Shown here: in pieces, positions 36,919-46,287 of the stretch | Numbering within the stretch: position 1 is the stretch's first letter | Layout of the letters: the number at the start of each line of letters is the position of its first letter | DNA from: an uncultured archaeon | Lineage (GTDB): Archaea > Aenigmatarchaeota > Aenigmatarchaeia > Aenigmatarchaeales > Aenigmatarchaeaceae | DNA: 64,000 nucleotides | Assembly (NCBI GenBank): GCA_964608725.1 | Contig: CAZSPB010000002.1 | Span: 31,234-95,233 of the forward strand | Reading direction: 5' to 3' | The notes under the pieces: generated by a model | Databases searched by the model: none | Seen by the model: the letters and a program-made list of their open reading frames with translations, nothing else | What the model was told of the DNA's origin: nothing | Program-made: the position numbers and the translations under genes

Positions 36919-37290
36919 ATGAAAGTTTTAAGATGCGATGTCTTAGTAGTTGGTGCAGGGCCTGCAGGCTCATCAGCTGCTAGAGTAGCCACTAATTTTA
37001 CTAAGAATATTTTATTAGTTGAGAAGAAAGGATATCCATACAAAGCAGGTTGTGGAGAAGCCTTAGTGCATTTTTATTAAAAAATTCCCAATCGAAATTT
37101 CCAATTCTCAACTAAAATGGGTAGTAAAGGGTTTTGTAAAATTGCTGTTATGAGTATTAAAAAGAACATTTCTTTAAACAAATATAATACATTTATCATG
37201 AAAAAGTTCAACTTTTTATCCATTTCCCAAAAAGTAGCAAATGCACAATTAAGATATTTAAACATAAGGGAAATAAAGCTTATCTTGTAG
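36919..37290 (+). pseudogene. Decayed geranylgeranyl reductase paralog, N-terminal part
   Basis: 36919-37080 reads MKVLRCDVLVVGAGPAGSSAARVA...GCGEAL. Homology to 38896-40047 continues in a shifted frame (FIKKFPIEISNSQLKWVVKGF vs LLPYLPIRIPRRQLLWKTRGI), then degrades. End approximate. Confidence 0.75.
36933..36985 (+). repeat. 53-bp segment identical to the reverse complement of 39987-40039
   Basis: ATGCGATGTCTTAGTAGTTGGTGCAGGGCCTGCAGGCTCATCAGCTGCTAGAG, compared base by base. Confidence 0.9.
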
Positions 37291-37402
37291 CACTTGGACT
37301 TTTTACTGAAATTTTTAAAGCCGTGAAAATTGATATGTTACTTCGACTTGATAAATACGAATTAATAAAAAGATTACTTTAATGAACATTACTATCAGAA
37401 TT

Positions 37403-37531
37403 TTAAATCCTTAAAGACGATCTTTTATTCAATTTAAGCATATTTTTTATTTCAGAGTAACTACGCTTTTTAATTTTTTTAACTTCCTCATAAGAAAATA
37501 AATTTGAGACCCTGATTATTCTTTGCTTCAT
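37403..37531 (-). pseudogene. Probable remnant of a GGR C-terminus
   Basis: VSNLFSYEEVKKIKKRSYSEIKNML aligns with VSNLFSSKKIKIMKKDDYKEVKKCL at the end of 38896-40047. Confidence 0.55.
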
Positions 37532-37715
37532 TTTTCTCTCACTGATGATATAAGACAGATAAGTAATTATCAATTTTATCAATCTAACGTTTTAAAAAAT
37601 GCATTTTTTACTAGTGAGATTATCGACCACTTTAAATTTCGGTATAATTACTACATATGAAGTTTATATTACTGGAAAAAATTTCAAATCACTAACATAT
37701 TGGCTGAAAGAATAG

Positions 37716-38917
37716 TTAGTAGTATAAATGAAAGGGCACTCTTTTACCAAGCAGTTTTTTGGAAGGACTAACTATTTTAACTAATTCATCTCTGGTAACT
37801 TCGTTCCTTAAGAGTCTAAATAGTATTCTCATCTTATTTTTCTTTTTTAGAAAATTAAGTAAGACAATAAATTTATCCCAAAACTCATCACTTTCCACTT
37901 CTTCTGTAGTTATCATTTTGAATTGTTGTTTGACCATTTCTTCACATTTTTTTTGATAAATTGAAAGGTAACTTTCAGAAATATTATTTGCTTTAATAGC
38001 TTGGTAAGCAATGTTTCCTGCTAATTTTCCAAAATGAAGTGCGTATCTGATACCTTCCCCAAATAAAGGTGATGCTTGAGATGCTGCGTCGCCAACTACG
38101 AGTAAATTTTTAGAAAATATTTTTTTAATTAATCCACAAAGTGGAGTAAGTCCCATATGCTCTTCAATAGGTTGAGCTTTTTCTAAATAAGGAGAAATGC
38201 ATTCGCTGTTTAAAAATGCTTCTAAATAGTCAGAAATATTTAAAATATCTTTTGTTTTTTTCCAACTTTAATAGAAGTAGCAATACCTATTCTCGCTGCC
38301 TCTTTTCCTAAAGGGAAAAACCAACCGTAACCTTCGGGAATTATTTCTTTCTCTCCTACAAAGATTTTAAAGGTGGTTGGAGATTTGACTTTAACATTGT
38401 AATATTCTCTTTCAATACCAATTCCCAATTCATATTTTTTAGGAAATAAATTTTCTTTCCGAGCTAAAACAGCAGAGGGGCCAGATGCATCTATAAAAAT
38501 TTTAGCTGTGATCATTTTTTTATCTTTTAGATATACTTTATTTTTTTCTAACTTACTATCTACTACTTTTGCATTCAGTATGATTTTAGAACCAAATCGA
38601 ATACTTTGAAGAGCTAACTGCTTTAAAAATTTATGGAAATTGACTGTACATGCTATTCTCCTCTTGAAATTAATGCTAGCTTTCATTTTAGAGTGAAGAG
38701 AGGCAATTTCAAAATTTGTATACCACTGGACAACGCTTCTTTTTAATTTCCATTCTTTTATCACATCACTCCAGGTGAGTGCAGAAGTTTTAACGGGATA
38801 TCCTATTTCTTTATTTTTTTCTACAATAATAGTATTTAATCCGTGTTTAGCCGTAATAATACTACAAGCTAAGCCTGCAGGCCCTGCACCAACTACTAAG
38901 ACATCGCATTTAAGCAT
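37716..38917 (-). pseudogene. Geranylgeranyl reductase family gene split by a -1 frameshift at an A7 run (about 400 aa if fused)
   Basis: N-half 38240-38917 (GAGPAG, DASG, GYGWFFP) and C-half (VGDAASQASPLFGEGI) are joined by an open -1 frame from the T run at 38255-38261: GKK|TKDILNISDYLEAFL...PIEEHMGLTPLCG. Confidence 0.85.
38872..38917 (-). repeat. 46-bp direct repeat, identical to 40002-40047
   Basis: AGCCTGCAGGCCCTGCACCAACTACTAAGACATCGCATTTAAGCAT in both copies; encodes MLKCDVLVVGAGPAG. Confidence 0.92.
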
Positions 38918-40047
38918 TTCTTTACCTCTTTATAATCATCTTTTTTCATTATTTTAATTTTTTTAGAAGAAAATAAATTTGAAACAAGAGCAAGAAGTAG
39001 TAGATATTTCTTTTTACTTCTCAAAGAAAATAGGTCATATATCACTTTTGTAATTTTTTTTGATTCCTTAAAAAACTTTCCAAATTTTTTATTAATTTCA
39101 TTTTCATATGAATTTAAACTTATACCTTTTTTTAAATGCAAGGCTGCTATCCTTCCGCAAATATCTCCACATATCATTGCTGGTAAAATTCCCTCATCAT
39201 AAGGTTTGAGATTCTGAGCTGCAGCATCCCCCACAACTAGTATGTTACCATACACTATTTTTGTGAGGAATGAATTTATTAAAGATTTTCCACTTCTTTC
39301 AATAATTTTTTTTCCATTCTTCAGTTGTTTCTTAACGAGATCTAGTTCCAAAAATTTCTCAAAACAAACCTTTAAATTTTTTCTTTTTACACTTCCTACC
39401 CCCACATTGGCAACATTCTTTGATTTAGGAAAGATATAAGCATAACCTCCATCAGAGTAATCACCAATATAAATCTGTTCCATGTAAGGATTTTCTAATT
39501 TCAGATTATGCATTTCCCAACTGTAAATTCTGGCAATATCATATTTTTTTGGTTTATATAAGTTTAATAATTTTAGAGTTGTTGATTCAGCTCCATCTGC
39601 AGCAATTAGAACTCTCGGCCTAATTTCAATAATTTTTTTTCTTCTTTTAATAAAAGCTTTTTTCACATGAAAACTTTCATGTTTTAGCTTTATTAGTTCT
39701 GCATTCGTGATTAGTTTTACACCCTTTTTAATTGCTTCCTTAGCAAGCCAGAAATCAAATTTTTTTCTATCTATGCTAAAAGTTTCCCAACCTTTTCCAA
39801 TTTTTTCTATTTTTATTCCTTCAGAATAAAATCTTATTCCTCTTGTTTTCCAAAGCAACTGTCTTCGAGGTATTCTTATAGGTAAGTAAGGTAATAAATA
39901 AGAACTTATAGCTTCTCCACACGCAACTTTCCCTGGTCTCCTTTTCTTTTCTATTAAAATTACATTAGCTCCATTTAAAGCAGCCGCTCTAGCAGCTGAT
40001 GAGCCTGCAGGCCCTGCACCAACTACTAAGACATCGCATTTAAGCAT
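38896..40047 (-). CDS. Geranylgeranyl reductase family FAD-dependent oxidoreductase
   Basis: DVLVVGAGPAG, ACGEAI, IDRKKFD, IAADGAES, GGYAYIFPK and VGDAAA...EGILPAMICG motifs. Confidence 0.9.
   Translation of the reverse strand: MLKCDVLVVGAGPAGSSAARAAALNGANVILIEKKRRPGKVACGEAISSYLLPYLPIRIPRRQLLWKTRGIRFYSEGIKIEKIGKGWETFSIDRKKFDFWLAKEAIKKGVKLITNAELIKLKHESFHVKKAFIKRRKKIIEIRPRVLIAADGAESTTLKLLNLYKPKKYDIARIYSWEMHNLKLENPYMEQIYIGDYSDGGYAYIFPKSKNVANVGVGSVKRKNLKVCFEKFLELDLVKKQLKNGKKIIERSGKSLINSFLTKIVYGNILVVGDAAAQNLKPYDEGILPAMICGDICGRIAALHLKKGISLNSYENEINKKFGKFFKESKKITKVIYDLFSLRSKKKYLLLLALVSNLFSSKKIKIMKKDDYKEVKKCLNAMS
39987..40047 (-). repeat. Shared identical 5' block of three GGR paralogs
   Basis: 40002-40047 matches 38872-38917 directly; 39987-40039 matches 36933-36985 in inverted orientation. 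Confidence 0.9.
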
Positions 40048-40077
40048 ATAAAGAATTGGATATTTTGATATTAATTT

Positions 40078-40767
40078 TTACTTTTTCGGGCTCTTTAAAC
40101 TTATTCCATTCTCTGTTATTTCTAGCACAACACTTCTTCTAAAGTGTTCAGTCCTCCTCATTTTTCTCACAACTAAAGTTAAGGGATTTGGAGAAAGATA
40201 ATCATAACGTAGTAAAATTACTCCATCAACAACAAACTCTTCAACACCAAATTTTGCTAAAGTTTCATATTTTTCGGGTAATTCAGAAGTTATCACACTT
40301 GTTGCTCCCGATTCTTTTAAACCAGATAATAATTTAAATAACTGTTTCCTTAATTCAAAAGATTTTTCATAATATAAACCAAGAAGTGTAGTTGAATCAA
40401 CAGCAACTCTTTGAATTCCATTTTCTTTTATTTTATCTATTAAAGGAGAAGTGATATCAACTACTTGAAAAGGGTCATAATATTCCAAAAACAACTTTTT
40501 CTCATCAATATACTTTTTCAAATCCCAGCCAAATCTTTTAACATCATTTACAATATCTTCTGTTTTCTGTTCGAGAGTAATAAACATACATTTTTCTCCT
40601 CTTTTCAATCCTTCCATTAAAAATTGAACACAAAATATAGTTTTTCCTGTTCCAGTAGCACCCGAAACTAAAACAGTAGAACCTTTTACAAAACCACCTT
40701 CTATTAATTCATCTAAACCTGGGATTCCAGTAGGAACTCTTTCGAAATCGAACCTTTCTTCTGGCAT
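40078..40767 (-). CDS. Single-domain KaiC-like / RAD55 family ATPase
   Basis: RVPTGIPGLDELIEGG, GATGTGKT, VDS, VDGVILL and VRKMR motifs. Confidence 0.92.
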   Translation of the reverse strand: MPEERFDFERVPTGIPGLDELIEGGFVKGSTVLVSGATGTGKTIFCVQFLMEGLKRGEKCMFITLEQKTEDIVNDVKRFGWDLKKYIDEKKLFLEYYDPFQVVDITSPLIDKIKENGIQRVAVDSTTLLGLYYEKSFELRKQLFKLLSGLKESGATSVITSELPEKYETLAKFGVEEFVVDGVILLRYDYLSPNPLTLVVRKMRRTEHFRRSVVLEITENGISLKSPKK

Positions 40768-40798
40768 ATTTTAAAATTATAGAAATTAATATATAAAT

Positions 40799-41077
40799 TT
40801 AATCTAAAATTTCAATAGGTTTTGCTAAAGCTTTTGGGGGTAAAGGCCTTTTAAACTTAACTTTTATAGTTCCTTTTCTTCCATGTAAACCAGAAACATA
40901 ACCAACATACTTATTTCCTTTTTCATCTATCCATATAGCTTTTTTTCCTATCAATTTTCCAGCCTCTCTTTTGCTCTTAAATCCAGGTACCTCTACCAAA
41001 ACTTCTTTTGTGTAAGCTATATGGTAATTTACTATAATACCTCTAGGATCCATTAAAAACACCAAGTTACCAAACAT
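40799..41077 (-). CDS. rpl35ae: 50S ribosomal protein L35Ae (eL33); true start probably the downstream MDPRG
   Basis: GIIVNY, KLIGKK.IW, G.V...HG..G and KFKRPLP motifs. Confidence 0.88.
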   Translation of the reverse strand: MFGNLVFLMDPRGIIVNYHIAYTKEVLVEVPGFKSKREAGKLIGKKAIWIDEKGNKYVGYVSGLHGRKGTIKVKFKRPLPPKALAKPIEILD

Positions 41078-41137
41078 GATACCTTTTACTAAATTGTAGT
41101 TCTAAAATATATCTTTTACTTTAAGAAAAGAGTAAAA

Positions 41138-42286
41138 TTATTTTTTCTTTTTCCTAGCTTTCTTAACCTTTTTTTCTGGTTTTTCTATGAATCTCCTAAT
41201 ATCTAACAAAAATCTCCTTACGTACTCTTTACTCATGTAAACGTCTCTATCAGTTATTTTATTTATTTTCTTTTCTTCAAGTAATTTTCTCATTTCTATA
41301 ACTTTTTCAAAAACTTCTGAGTATATTGGGTTAACTAAGCCAGAATCTACTAAATATTTCTTAAAAGCTTCTGCCAACTTTTCAGGCTTTTTTGGAAGTT
41401 TATTTATGCTCTTTAAAGCAGCAACGCTAGCCTTTATCATTACTTCATAACTTTTCTTTATGTCATAAGCTTTTTTCTCTAACTCTAATTTGCTTAAAAG
41501 CTTTTCAAATCTTTTCACATATTTTTCAGCCTTTTTTATCCATTCATCAACTTCCTTTCCAGAAATTTTCTTTATCTCTTTATGTTCAACTTTTTTCCTA
41601 AAATTTATAACATCTTCTAGCATCTTTGCATACTCTTCTTCAAGCAGGCCAGCATCAACTAAATGCTTCCTAACTTCTTTCACTATAACTTTTGGAGCTG
41701 GAGGCCCTATTCCCAAATACATTAAAACAGCTTGAGCTGCATCTATCATTGCATAATAAAGATCTTCTGCTATCATGTAAAGTTTAACATTTTTAGCTCT
41801 CCTTATTCTTGCAGGGACATTTTCCATCCTTAAGTGAGCAGCTTCAGTAGTAGCAGGAAACTTGCCCCATTCTAGCAATTTTCTCATTGGAATGAAAAAT
41901 CCGGTATCATAAATAGCATAACCTTCTCTAACTATATTGTAAAATAAAGGATTAGTATGCCTTATTCCATCCCAAAATTCTGTTAAAGCTAAGATTGGTT
42001 GAGGATGCAACCTAGGATCTATAGAAGATGCTATTTTGAATATATCTTTATCCAATTTATCTCTTAATTGATTAAATTTTTTTAAACTCATTTTAGTATC
42101 ATCAAATATTATGTAAATATCAATATCACTTTTCCCTGTAAAATCTCCTCTAGTTATAGAGCCCCATATGACTATAGCTTTAATATAATCTTTGAAAGTC
42201 TCTAATATTCTTTTTTTAAATTCTTCTGCTGACCTTAACCTTGTTTCTAAAGAGAATTTTTTTAACTTTTTCCCTATTCTAGCCAT
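41138..42286 (-). CDS. Nucleotidyltransferase (MNT) fused to two HEPN-like domains
   Basis: WGSITRG...SDIDI; DLYYAMIDAAQA; Rx4H as RKKVEH; the second helical repeat is degenerate. Confidence 0.8.
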   Translation of the reverse strand: MARIGKKLKKFSLETRLRSAEEFKKRILETFKDYIKAIVIWGSITRGDFTGKSDIDIYIIFDDTKMSLKKFNQLRDKLDKDIFKIASSIDPRLHPQPILALTEFWDGIRHTNPLFYNIVREGYAIYDTGFFIPMRKLLEWGKFPATTEAAHLRMENVPARIRRAKNVKLYMIAEDLYYAMIDAAQAVLMYLGIGPPAPKVIVKEVRKHLVDAGLLEEEYAKMLEDVINFRKKVEHKEIKKISGKEVDEWIKKAEKYVKRFEKLLSKLELEKKAYDIKKSYEVMIKASVAALKSINKLPKKPEKLAEAFKKYLVDSGLVNPIYSEVFEKVIEMRKLLEEKKINKITDRDVYMSKEYVRRFLLDIRRFIEKPEKKVKKARKKKK

Positions 42287-42326
42287 ATTACCACTAATTA
42301 GTAAATATTTTAATCTTTATTTAAAT

Positions 42327-43874
42327 TTATCTATACTTTTCTTTTTCCCATTCTGTTCCTTTACCTTTTTTAACAGCAGCTTGGCTTAAAAATGTGTACT
42401 CTTCTTCAGGGATGGCAAGCATTCTTTTTAATGGTTCCAAAGCATGCTCTCTTATAGCAACTTCTTGCCTTTTTATTTCTGCTCCTTTTTCTTTAACACC
42501 AAAAAATTCTAATGGAAGCTCTTTTGGAGGAATATCTTTTTCTAAGAATTTTATCACTAACCTTAAAGCAATTATGCTTTGTTTTATAGGATCAGCTCCT
42601 CCTCCCCTTTCAAATATTATCACACCATTTTTGAAACCTTTTTTCCTTAATTCATACAACCTTTCATAAATGTAAAGTTGGGCTTCTGAACCAACAGGAA
42701 TTGGCCTGTGAGCAGGGTTCAAAGGTGTTGGAACTCCTACATGAATAACTTTAACTATATCACCACTTTTGTAAGGTAAAAGCTCTATCTCCTTTTTTGG
42801 ATCTAAATTACAACCAAGCATGTGTTCAAAATCAAGTGCTATACCAACATGTTTTGATTTTATTGCTTTTGCTAAGTAAAACATGTGTAAAGGCCTTGGT
42901 AACCTCATTAAAGTTTCGTAGCCTGGAGAAGCCATTGGAGTTTCAAAAACAAAATCCAAGTTATATTTATCTAAAAGATCCTTAGGGTTAGAATAAATTT
43001 CTGGAACTTTTGGATTAAAATGTCCCCAGATGTACTTTGCAGAAACAGCAGGAACCCATTTTTCGTATTTTTCTCTGAAACTTTTATCATCTATACTTTT
43101 TCCTCCTGCTATGTTTTTCCATAATGGATCATTTTCTTCTTCCATCCATTTTGCAATTATGTAATAAGCTATCCTTTCTGAACCATAATGGAGGTCTGTT
43201 GAATTTAAGTAGTTTCTAAAAACTTCTTTAAATCTTTCAACTGCTTTCTTTTCAATTTCTTTTCTTTCTTGAGGAGAAGGTTCCCTTTTATTTATTTCTC
43301 TAAATTCTCTTTCTTCTATTTTTCTATAATATTCTATATCACCTATGTATCTGCTTACTATTCCTACTATGAAATCTTTTTTTATTGCCCAATCAAGAAG
43401 TTTTGGATTCTCTTTTAGAAAGTCAGATAAATTTCTTCCCCAAACATCAACTAAATCCATTGGTTGTAAATGCTCTCCTAACCTTATGAAAGGTTCTGAT
43501 TCTGAAGAATGGATTAAAAGGTATTCGGCACCAATTTCACCACAACCTTTTATATGATCTATTAACCTTTGATGTGCCCTTTTGTAAGCATCTTTTATAG
43601 CAGAATCTAAAGGTAAAGTGTTCATTCCTATGGCAGCACACTCTCCATGAACTCCAAATTTCAAACCTAAACTCTTTATTCTTTTTATCTTTTCTAATAA
43701 CTTAGGTTCTTTAAATTCTGTTATAGATTCTAAATCTACTTGAACAAATCTGACTCCTTTAGTTGCACCCCAAAATATTTTTAGAGGAATTCCAAGTAAC
43801 TCTTCTCCTTTTTCAGGAGAAACACCATGGGCAATTTTCCAGTATCCAGTTGAAACTCCTAGAGTATAAGCCAT
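42327..43874 (-). CDS. Large TIM-barrel protein (xylose isomerase / EndoIV-like) with insertion
   Basis: Spaced ligand motifs VHGE, IHSS, FETP, LDFEH, IHVG and FERG. Confidence 0.65.
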   Translation of the reverse strand: MAYTLGVSTGYWKIAHGVSPEKGEELLGIPLKIFWGATKGVRFVQVDLESITEFKEPKLLEKIKRIKSLGLKFGVHGECAAIGMNTLPLDSAIKDAYKRAHQRLIDHIKGCGEIGAEYLLIHSSESEPFIRLGEHLQPMDLVDVWGRNLSDFLKENPKLLDWAIKKDFIVGIVSRYIGDIEYYRKIEEREFREINKREPSPQERKEIEKKAVERFKEVFRNYLNSTDLHYGSERIAYYIIAKWMEEENDPLWKNIAGGKSIDDKSFREKYEKWVPAVSAKYIWGHFNPKVPEIYSNPKDLLDKYNLDFVFETPMASPGYETLMRLPRPLHMFYLAKAIKSKHVGIALDFEHMLGCNLDPKKEIELLPYKSGDIVKVIHVGVPTPLNPAHRPIPVGSEAQLYIYERLYELRKKGFKNGVIIFERGGGADPIKQSIIALRLVIKFLEKDIPPKELPLEFFGVKEKGAEIKRQEVAIREHALEPLKRMLAIPEEEYTFLSQAAVKKGKGTEWEKEKYR

Positions 43875-45568
43875 TATCCAACACCCATTTTACTTTTCAA
43901 AAAATCCATAATAGAAAAAAATTCTTCAGCAGCAGGGGCAAGATAAACTTTTGGTATTCTATCTTTAAAATCTCTTTCATAAGGCCCTGGTTTAATGAAC
44001 ATTAAACTTTTCAATTTTGGTAACTTTAAACTTTTAAAGAAATCAGAATAGCTTTTGCGAATTTCTCTCAAACCTTTTAAGAACTTTTTTCTCTCACTTA
44101 ATTCTTTTTCTTTTCCAAAAAGCTCTGGGAACTCTTCCCTTAAGATTTCACTTATATCTTTTTCTTCGGATCTTATACCAAGCATTTCATCTATATATCT
44201 TTCAAGTTCTTTATCTCTACACTTCAACTCTAATAACTTAACTAATAAAACATTCTGAGAAATAACAAAGTTTCTACAAGTGAAAGTTATGTCTTCTATT
44301 TCACCAACTGGTATTCTAAAACCTATTCTAAGAACATCGATATCAAGGAAAATATAGTATAATTCAAAAGGGTCTAAATTCATTTCTCTCCTTTTCCATG
44401 CAGGCAATATCTCTTTTTCAACTATTTCATCTGCTACAGTTTTACTCAACAAATTTATTGAACCACATTTCTCACATTCTATAGTTCCAGAAGGATAGTA
44501 CTCTTTGCATTTAGGGCAATACTTTCTTTCATTTCTTAACCAAGGGTAAAGAGAAGCTAAACCTTTGAAAGGATCTAAAATGAAATTTTCTCTAACAAAA
44601 TCGTCATAAGGGTTGAATATGAACTCTCCTCTCATTTCTGCAGCAGGTTTTCTAAATTCAACCCTTTTCAAAGGTTTCCAAGCAAATAACCTTATCCCAT
44701 TAGCAAAAGCTGCAACTCCAGTTGGCTCATAAGGTAACCTAAGAATTTTTGCTCTTATCTTTGATTCTTCTGTTCCAAGTTTTGTCATTTTGAATCTTGC
44801 TATGTAAGGTTTTAACCACTTTCTATACTCATCAATAGACTTTTTTCTGCTTTTAACTAAGCCTAAAAGCAATTTGTATCTTTCTCTAACAGCATTTCCA
44901 AAAAATTCTTTCCATTTTAAGTAAAGCCTGTTTTTAGTGGCAAGTATCACAGCTTCTGCCTTAGAAACATCAAGTTTCTTTGCTATATCTTCAGGCTTTA
45001 AATCCTTTTCAGTTAACTTCATAAAGTCTGCTATTATAGTTGGCCATCTTGTTGCTATAGAGCGCAAACTCATAGGTTGACCTGGTAAATCAGTATGAAC
45101 ATCAACTTGATCAACAAACATGGCCCTTAGAGAATGCTCATCCTTTTCTTCAAAGTATTTCATTATTTCTTTATACCTTCTTATATCATGGTTCATTAAC
45201 TCAAAATCTGCAACAGCTTGAGCAGCAGAAGTTAAACCAGTTTTTATAGTTGATTCAAGCATTTGTTTAGTTGCAACTGTTCTTTCATAATACTCTTTAT
45301 GAGTTGGAGAAACTTCAATCCATTCATCAGCTTTTTCAAGCCACCATCCCCATTTTGGTAATTGAAAAACTAAGGATTGATAAATATTAGAAGCTGTTCC
45401 AGGCCTTCCAGTAAAATTTAACTCAAGTATTTGATTACTTTCTTCTTCTCTTCCAACGGGTTGAGTTGGTCCTGCACATAAAAAAATACCAAGAGTAGGT
45501 AAATTAACGTTAACAGGAATTCCAGGTTCCCTACCCAATTCAAAAATAGGTTTATCTACCATTTTCAT
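43874..45568 (-). CDS. Uncharacterised 564-aa protein with a zinc ribbon
   Basis: Long ORF containing YCPKCKEYYPSGTIECEKCG. No family recognised. Confidence 0.8.
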   Translation of the reverse strand: MKMVDKPIFELGREPGIPVNVNLPTLGIFLCAGPTQPVGREEESNQILELNFTGRPGTASNIYQSLVFQLPKWGWWLEKADEWIEVSPTHKEYYERTVATKQMLESTIKTGLTSAAQAVADFELMNHDIRRYKEIMKYFEEKDEHSLRAMFVDQVDVHTDLPGQPMSLRSIATRWPTIIADFMKLTEKDLKPEDIAKKLDVSKAEAVILATKNRLYLKWKEFFGNAVRERYKLLLGLVKSRKKSIDEYRKWLKPYIARFKMTKLGTEESKIRAKILRLPYEPTGVAAFANGIRLFAWKPLKRVEFRKPAAEMRGEFIFNPYDDFVRENFILDPFKGLASLYPWLRNERKYCPKCKEYYPSGTIECEKCGSINLLSKTVADEIVEKEILPAWKRREMNLDPFELYYIFLDIDVLRIGFRIPVGEIEDITFTCRNFVISQNVLLVKLLELKCRDKELERYIDEMLGIRSEEKDISEILREEFPELFGKEKELSERKKFLKGLREIRKSYSDFFKSLKLPKLKSLMFIKPGPYERDFKDRIPKVYLAPAAEEFFSIMDFLKSKMGVG

Positions 45569-45735
45569 CCAAATACTAAGAGACCTATTCCTATTAAAAG
45601 GAGTATGATCCCTATTAATATTCCTGTCATAGTCATTTCCCTTTTTTGATATCCAGAGATATCAGGAAAATACTTAAGGAACCAAAAACCAACCAAGATA
45701 GCAAATACTCCAATCAGCTTGTTAAAGATTAACAT
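45565..45735 (-). CDS. Small two-TM membrane protein
   Basis: Not in the ORF track. 56 aa MLIFNKLIGVFAILVGFWFLKYFPDISGYQKREMTMTGILIGIILLLIGIGLLVFG*. ATGA overlap with the next gene. Confidence 0.8.
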   Translation of the reverse strand: MLIFNKLIGVFAILVGFWFLKYFPDISGYQKREMTMTGILIGIILLLIGIGLLVFG

Positions 45736-45782
45736 AATTATAATTAATGTAAAGTTTATAAAAACATTTTCACAATATTAGT

Positions 45783-46286
45783 TTGATTATAATGGTATGG
45801 GCAAGGACAAAATTGATGATTCATGATGATTTATTGAAACCTGTACCAAAGATAAAAATAAATTACAAAGGGCCTAATCCAGAAAAATTTTACAAAGAAA
45901 TTTATAAACTTCTTCAAGTAACTTTTAGAGTTTCAGAACATTCTATTCAAGAAAAAGAATTTCATTGGATAGAAGGTGAACCAAAAAAATTTAAAGTGAG
46001 ATGGGAGGTTAATAAAGATTTGGATAAATTTTCTTATTATTGGATACAAGTGACCCTTTCTGGAGAATCGTCAAAAGGCTATGGAAAAGCTGAAATAGAA
46101 GTAGAAGGTGCTTTAAGAACAGAATATCCTCAAGACACATTTTGGCAAAGAAGTTTGTTATATGAAGTATTGAGAATGTTTTGGCATACTACTTTCTATG
46201 CACCTGCAAGAGATAAATATTTAAGGGAAGGGAGAATGATGCTTTCTTCTCTTGTAGACCATCTCAAAAGTCTGACAAGGGTTTAA
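45783..46286 (+). CDS. Uncharacterised protein, paralog of 46288-46773 (start probably ATG 45793-45798 region)
   Basis: Aligns by eye with its neighbour along the full length. Confidence 0.75.
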   Translation: MIIMVWARTKLMIHDDLLKPVPKIKINYKGPNPEKFYKEIYKLLQVTFRVSEHSIQEKEFHWIEGEPKKFKVRWEVNKDLDKFSYYWIQVTLSGESSKGYGKAEIEVEGALRTEYPQDTFWQRSLLYEVLRMFWHTTFYAPARDKYLREGRMMLSSLVDHLKSLTRV

Positions 46287-46287
46287 A

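Noticed and set aside
37290-37716. Spacer as a ncRNA or as stop-codon readthrough (Sec/Pyl) of the GGR fragments
   Set aside because: AT-rich and unstructured. The breaks are frameshifts, not in-frame TGA/TAG, and no SECIS-like element was seen.
41138-42286. MNT-HEPN protein as the CCA-adding enzyme, since the tRNAs lack encoded CCA
   Set aside because: The architecture after the NTase core is HEPN-like, not the archaeal class I CCA body and tail.
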